A stretch of DNA of 55,469 nt from an uncultured Alphaproteobacteria bacterium. Its GTDB lineage: Bacteria > Pseudomonadota > Alphaproteobacteria > HIMB59 > GCA-002718135. Position 1 is the stretch's first letter; each line of letters starts with the position of its first letter. The translations under genes were made by a program, and so were the position numbers. The stretch is taken from positions 1 through 55,469 of the forward strand of contig CACLBK010000004.1 of assembly GCA_902605135.1 (NCBI GenBank), in the 5' to 3' direction. This document shows positions 50,488 to 55,469 of the stretch, piece after piece. The notes beneath the pieces were generated by a model. It was not told the origin of the DNA. It worked only from the letters and a program-made list of their open reading frames with translations, and made no database searches.

Positions 50488-52410
50488 TTATTTATTCTTT
50501 CTATTTTCAATTAAATTATCTACAACAGAAGGATCTGCCAAAGTGGAAGTATCTCCTAAATTATCAAAATCATTTGATGCTATTTTTCTTAAAATCCTTC
50601 TCATAATTTTTCCAGATCTTGTCTTAGGTAAACCGGCAGTAATATGTATAAAGTCAGGAGAAGCAATAGGACCAATCTTTTCTCTAATTGTCTTTTTTAA
50701 ATCTAAAGTTAAATTTTCTGATCCTTCTATACCAACCTTTAAAGAAACATAACAATATAAGCCATTACCTTTTACATCATGGGGGTATCCTACAACTGCT
50801 GCCTCAGAAACATCTTTATGAGATACAAACGCACTCTCTATTTCAGCTGTACCTAAATTATGTCCAGATACAATGATTACATCATCAACTCTACCTGTAA
50901 TCCAATAATATCCATCTTTATCTCTTTTACAACCATCTCCTGTAAAATATTTACCATCAAATTGAGAAAAATAAGTATCAATAAATCTTTTATGATCACC
51001 ATAAACTGTTCGCATTTGACCAGGCCAAGATCTTTTCATACATAACATACCCTCACACTCACCTTTTAATTCTTTACCTTCCTTATCAACAATACATGGT
51101 TCTATACCAAAGAAAGGTTTTGAAGCAGAGCCTGGTTTCAATTTTATCGCACCAGTTTGAGGTGATATTAAAATTCCTCCAGTTTCAGTTTGCCACCAAG
51201 TATCTACAATTGGGCATTTTGAATTACCTGGTACCTCATAGTACCACTTCCATGCTTCTGGGTTAATTGGTTCTCCAACTGTTCCCAAAAGTTTTAGTGA
51301 TGATCTGTCAGTTTTTGTAACAAAATCGTCACCTTCTCTCATCAAAGCTCTTATAGCAGTAGGAGCTGTGTAAAATATATTTACTTTATGTTTATCAACT
51401 ATTTGCCAAAATCTAGAAAAGTCAGGATAATTTGGGACACCTTCAAACATTAAAGTTGTCGCTCCATTAGAAAGAGGTCCATAAATAATGTAACTATGAC
51501 CAGTTATCCATCCTATGTCAGCAGTGCACCAATATATATCGCCATCATTGTAGTTAAAAATATATTCATGAGTCATTGAAGCATAAACTATGTAACCACC
51601 TGATGTATGCATTACCCCTTTTGGTTTACCTGTTGATCCTGATGTATATAAAATAAATAATGGGTCTTCTGCATTTAAAATTTCTGGTTCACAGAAATCA
51701 TTAACATCTTTAAGAACATCATCATAAAATACATCTCTATTTTTTATTAATTCTATTTCTTTATTTGTTCTTTTAATAATTAAACACTTCTTAACATTAG
51801 GACATGATTCCAATGCTTTATCTGTTGTTAATTTTAAAGGAATAGTTTTACCACCCCTTACTCCTTCATCAGCAGTTACAATATATTCTGATTGACAATC
51901 TTTAATTCTACCAGCTATAGATTCTGCCGAGAAACCTCCAAATATAATTGAGTGTACAGCTCCAATTCTTGCACAAGCTAACATTATATATGCTAACTCG
52001 GGTATCATTGTTAAATATATGGTTACTCTATCACCTTTTTTTACACCAATTTTTTTAAGTGCATTTGCCGCTCTTGATACATTTAACAACAGCTCTTTAT
52101 AAGTTATTTTTTTTGTTTCATTCGGTTCGTCACCCTCCCAAATAATTGCAATTTTATCAGGATTATTTTTAGCATGTCTATCTATACAATTATAAGATAC
52201 ATTTAGATTACCATCTTCAAACCATTTAATGCTTACATCTTCTTTAGAATATTTTACATTTTTGATTTTTGTAAACTTATCAACCCAATCTACCCTTTGC
52301 GCCTGCTCAGCCCAAAATTCATCATTATTTTGAAGAGAATGATCATACATTAAAGAATATTTTTCTTCATTAATTTTTGCATAATCTAGCCACTCTTTTT
52401 TTATTTCCAT
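50488..52410 (-). CDS. acs: Acetyl-CoA synthetase
   Basis: [35 protein letters not shown] and [11 protein letters not shown] motifs. Confidence 0.97.
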   Translation of the reverse strand: MEIKKEWLDYAKINEEKYSLMYDHSLQNNDEFWAEQAQRVDWVDKFTKIKNVKYSKEDVSIKWFEDGNLNVSYNCIDRHAKNNPDKIAIIWEGDEPNETKKITYKELLLNVSRAANALKKIGVKKGDRVTIYLTMIPELAYIMLACARIGAVHSIIFGGFSAESIAGRIKDCQSEYIVTADEGVRGGKTIPLKLTTDKALESCPNVKKCLIIKRTNKEIELIKNRDVFYDDVLKDVNDFCEPEILNAEDPLFILYTSGSTGKPKGVMHTSGGYIVYASMTHEYIFNYNDGDIYWCTADIGWITGHSYIIYGPLSNGATTLMFEGVPNYPDFSRFWQIVDKHKVNIFYTAPTAIRALMREGDDFVTKTDRSSLKLLGTVGEPINPEAWKWYYEVPGNSKCPIVDTWWQTETGGILISPQTGAIKLKPGSASKPFFGIEPCIVDKEGKELKGECEGMLCMKRSWPGQMRTVYGDHKRFIDTYFSQFDGKYFTGDGCKRDKDGYYWITGRVDDVIIVSGHNLGTAEIESAFVSHKDVSEAAVVGYPHDVKGNGLYCYVSLKVGIEGSENLTLDLKKTIREKIGPIASPDFIHITAGLPKTRSGKIMRRILRKIASNDFDNLGDTSTLADPSVVDNLIENRKNK

Positions 52411-52466
52411 ATTAAGAGACTAATTCTAAATTATTTAAATATCAACAAGTAATTATTTTTTTTAAG

Positions 52467-52871
52467 CTAATTTGACATTTTAATTATTATATCCCATTCA
52501 GTTTTTTTTAAAGGCATTACGGAGAGCCTGCTTTGTTTAACAAGAGCAATATCTTTTAACTTATTATTTTCTTTTATTTGATCGAGAGAAACTGGGTTTT
52601 TTAATTTTTTTGTTGCTTTAACATCAACCACAACAAAACGTTCTGTTTTATCAGTAGGATCTGGATAATATTCTTTTACAACCTTAACAATACCAACAAT
52701 ACTTCTTTCTGTTACTGAGTGATAAAAAAAACATAAGTCATTTTTTTTCATTTCTTTCAAATTATTTCTAGCTTGATAATTTCGGACCCCATCCCACATC
52801 GATGTACCTTCTTTAACTTGATTATCCCAAGACCATGCATCAGGTTCAGATTTCAATAACCAATACTTCAT
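52467..52871 (-). CDS. EVE domain protein
   Basis: YWLLKSEP, WDGVRNYQARN, FYHS and RLSV motifs. Confidence 0.93.
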   Translation of the reverse strand: MKYWLLKSEPDAWSWDNQVKEGTSMWDGVRNYQARNNLKEMKKNDLCFFYHSVTERSIVGIVKVVKEYYPDPTDKTERFVVVDVKATKKLKNPVSLDQIKENNKLKDIALVKQSRLSVMPLKKTEWDIIIKMSN

Positions 52872-52910
52872 TTTAATATTCTTTAGTTCAAATTTTTTTC
52901 AAAATTAATT

Positions 52911-53921
52911 TTATAATACACTTCTTACTCCTAATCTAGGTGTGGGTTTAAAAAATAAATCATTTCTGTCTTTTTTATAAAATTTCGTACATGCCCATGC
53001 AATCATTGCAGCATTGTCTCCCATCATTTCTTTTATAGGATAATAAATTTCAATATTTTTTTTAACGAAAAAATTTTCTATTTTACTTCGAATATATTTA
53101 TTATTTGACACTCCGCCTACTACAGAAATTGATCTGATATTTTTATTATCAGAACTTAATCTTTTCAAACCCCTTTCTAACTTTTCAATAAGGATTTCAG
53201 TAATATTTTTTTGAAATGATGCCGACAAATCTTCTATGAATTTTTCATCAATTTTATTCTTTTTTGTTAAAAGGTTTATATTTGTTTTAATGCCAGAAAA
53301 AGAAAAATTAAAATTTTTTTCTTTAACTAATGGTTTTGGTAAAACAAATTTGTCCTCATTACCTTTAAGCGCTTGTTCTTCAATTTCACTACCACCAGGA
53401 TATGATAGACCAATTAATTTTGCTGTTTTGTCAAAAGCTTCTCCTATTGCATCATCAACACTTTGTCCCAATAACTCTAATTCATTCTCACTTTTCATCA
53501 AATAAACTTGAGTATGACCTCCGGTTAAAAGCAAGATGAGATTTGGAAATTTTATATTGTTGTTAAAACTTGTAGACAATATGTGTCCTTCAAGATGATT
53601 AGTTGGAATGAATGGTTTGTTAAAAGAAATTGCTAAAGATTTGGTAAAAGTTGAGCCAACCAATAAACTGCCTATTAGTCCAGGCCCACAAGTAGCAGTA
53701 AAAACGTCTATTTCTTTTGGTTCTATTTTTTTATTACTAAATAAATCATTTGTTATAATTTGTATTTTTTCCAAATGAGATCTTGAAGCTAACTCTGGGA
53801 CAACACCACCATGTATTTTATGAATTTCTTGAGAAAAAGTAATATGTTCTACAATAGAGCTATTTTTCATTAGACATACTGATGTTTCGTCGCACGAAGT
53901 TTCTGCAGCAAATACAAGCAT
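52911..53921 (-). CDS. tsaD: tRNA N6-adenosine threonylcarbamoyltransferase
   Basis: ETSCDET, GGVVPELASR, GPGL, NHLEGH, GGHT, DDAIGEAFDK and DNAAMI motifs. Confidence 0.96.
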   Translation of the reverse strand: MLVFAAETSCDETSVCLMKNSSIVEHITFSQEIHKIHGGVVPELASRSHLEKIQIITNDLFSNKKIEPKEIDVFTATCGPGLIGSLLVGSTFTKSLAISFNKPFIPTNHLEGHILSTSFNNNIKFPNLILLLTGGHTQVYLMKSENELELLGQSVDDAIGEAFDKTAKLIGLSYPGGSEIEEQALKGNEDKFVLPKPLVKEKNFNFSFSGIKTNINLLTKKNKIDEKFIEDLSASFQKNITEILIEKLERGLKRLSSDNKNIRSISVVGGVSNNKYIRSKIENFFVKKNIEIYYPIKEMMGDNAAMIAWACTKFYKKDRNDLFFKPTPRLGVRSVL

Positions 53922-53982
53922 ATTTTTTTGGTACAGTATTTTACACTGTTAAACAACAAACTAATAATGCTAAAAAAAAGGT

Positions 53983-54867
53983 ATGAAAAAAATTTTTGAT
54001 AGTTTTTATGTTTTTTCTAAATTTTCGTTAAGCTTTATTCTTCTTTTATGTGTATTTTTCTTAATTTATCTTCTCTATGCAAATTATCAAAATGAAGATG
54101 AAGTATCCAAACTTCAGATTGAATTAGAAAATGAACTTAGGAAAAATATTAGTGAAAATTCTGAATTTATAAAAAATATATCCAAAGAAATTTTAGAAAC
54201 AAAAACAGCTTTAACAAATATAGAAAAACTTATTAAAGAAAATTCAAACAAAGAATCAAAAGTTGATTTGACGCCAATCAATGAAAGCATAGAATTGTTA
54301 AATAAGAATTTCAATTCTCTAAGTTATGAGATTTCTTCTATAAAAAATAAAAATATTGAAGATCAGCCTAATAATAATCCTGAGCTAGTAAATCAATCTA
54401 TCAAAGAAGTAGTTGAGTTAATAAAAATCAAATACGAAAACAACATGGATTTTGATAGAGAACTCAAATATCTTGAAACAATTTTAGAAAATAACAAAAA
54501 TCCTATTTTGGAAAAATTATCAATTTTAAAAAAAAATAAATATAAAGGTCATTTATTTTTAGAAAATCAATTTAATGATGAAGTTAATTTATATTTGAAG
54601 AATATTTTGAACGAAAACAATAGTTTATTTAACAAAATTTTTTTACCACACATAAGTCTTTCTCCATCTTCAGAAAATATTATTTCTGATGAAAAAATTT
54701 TAATATTAGAGGAAACTAAATTATTTATTAAAAATAGAAACATATCAAAAGCTTACAGCAGTATAAGTAAGATAGAAAATTATAAAGTTTTTTTTAAAGT
54801 ATCTATAAATGAAATGAATAATTATAATAATTTTATAACGGAAATAACAAAATTAAATAATGTATAG
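53983..54867 (+). CDS. TM plus coiled-coil protein, COG4223/mitofilin (alphaMic60)-like
   Basis: N-terminal TM segment, long coiled coil, C-terminal helix pattern ILEETKLFIKNRNISKAY..ISKI; directly upstream of the hemY-like gene. Confidence 0.55.
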   Translation: MKKIFDSFYVFSKFSLSFILLLCVFFLIYLLYANYQNEDEVSKLQIELENELRKNISENSEFIKNISKEILETKTALTNIEKLIKENSNKESKVDLTPINESIELLNKNFNSLSYEISSIKNKNIEDQPNNNPELVNQSIKEVVELIKIKYENNMDFDRELKYLETILENNKNPILEKLSILKKNKYKGHLFLENQFNDEVNLYLKNILNENNSLFNKIFLPHISLSPSSENIISDEKILILEETKLFIKNRNISKAYSSISKIENYKVFFKVSINEMNNYNNFITEITKLNNV

Positions 54868-55469
54868 ATTTTCAATTTTTATGTTGCAGTTTTTATTATT
54901 AATCATAGCGCTTACTTTTATTTTTACTAATCCATTTATTGTATCCTTAGATATAGGAAATTTAAAATATTCTTTTTCTTCAAATTTATTTGCTGTTGTT
55001 TTTTTATCTTTTATTTTTCTATTATATTTGGTGCTTTACTTATTTTTCCGATCGAGACTTTCACTCGGTAAATATTTCCTAAAAAATAAATATAATAAAA
55101 TTGAAAAAGGTTACTTACATTTTGTCGATGCAATGATAGCTGTTGCAAATAAAGATAACAAGACAGCATTAAAATCTCATAAAAAAATGGTTAGTTATCT
55201 TAAAGATGACCCATCATTATCTCTTCTGTTAAAGTCAGAAGTTTTAAAGATAGAAAAAAAATTTCCAGAATTAAACAATGTCTATGAAGATATGATTAAA
55301 TCAAAAAAAACAGAAACACTTGGATATAGAGGATTAATGGAACAAAATTTAAGAGAACAAGATTATCATCACGCTTTTTTATATGGAGAAAAATTATTTG
55401 CTCTAAATCCAAATATTGAAAAACTTTATGACACACTAATATTTATTGCTGCAAAAACGAAAAATTGGA
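54860..55469 (+). CDS. HemY_N/TPR membrane protein, 5' part (runs off the window)
   Basis: ATG at 54860 reads MYRFSIFMLQFLLL; two TM segments, then KG...VDAMIAVA, SLLL and ETLGYRGL; open to the window end. Confidence 0.75.
   Translation, partial: MYRFSIFMLQFLLLIIALTFIFTNPFIVSLDIGNLKYSFSSNLFAVVFLSFIFLLYLVLYLFFRSRLSLGKYFLKNKYNKIEKGYLHFVDAMIAVANKDNKTALKSHKKMVSYLKDDPSLSLLLKSEVLKIEKKFPELNNVYEDMIKSKKTETLGYRGLMEQNLREQDYHHAFLYGEKLFALNPNIEKLYDTLIFIAAKTKNW

Noticed and set aside
879-54314. About 30 short ORFs (60-150 aa) in the track that lie antisense to or inside identified genes, e.g. 879-1142, 4909-5265, 21058-21504, 30684-31025
   Set aside because: They are shadow frames of well-supported genes and show no motifs of their own.

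Overview
This is a very AT-rich, compact chromosome segment from a streamlined marine alphaproteobacterium (SAR11/Pelagibacterales-like by gene content and porin type; the exact lineage cannot be assigned by eye). The backbone is origin-proximal housekeeping DNA: his genes, hslVU, smr-tim44-dnaQ-coaE-aroE-maf, a candidate oriC, rho-mnmE-mnmG-rsmG-parAB with two parS cores, holA-lptE-leuS, a porin, yggS, lolA-ftsK, ubiH-like, cnoX and proX. A retinal cluster (crtI-crtB-crtY-blh) and tRNA-Gly follow. Then comes a ~10 kb tRNA-anchored variable island holding a sulfotransferase, a decayed tRNA-Ser, sugar-modifying enzymes and phage-like ORFans. The window ends with a split purH, rsmB, tdk, acs, EVE, tsaD and a mitofilin-like/hemY pair. 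No CRISPR, rRNA, integrase or transposase was seen. Most notable: (1) a tandem LpxE-like/LpxF-like PAP2 fusion coupled to an ArnT/Rgt-type transferase, a possible phosphate-free lipid A module; (2) a T4-type lysozyme in the slot normally held by mltA; (3) absence of hemE/H/J and hemC/D from both of their usual loci, suggesting possible heme auxotrophy; (4) an apparently inverted GC-skew switch at the putative origin; (5) a full-length tRNA-Ser whose 3' third alone is decayed, with short repeats nearby. All calls come from motif reading and recalled synteny; no database searches were run.
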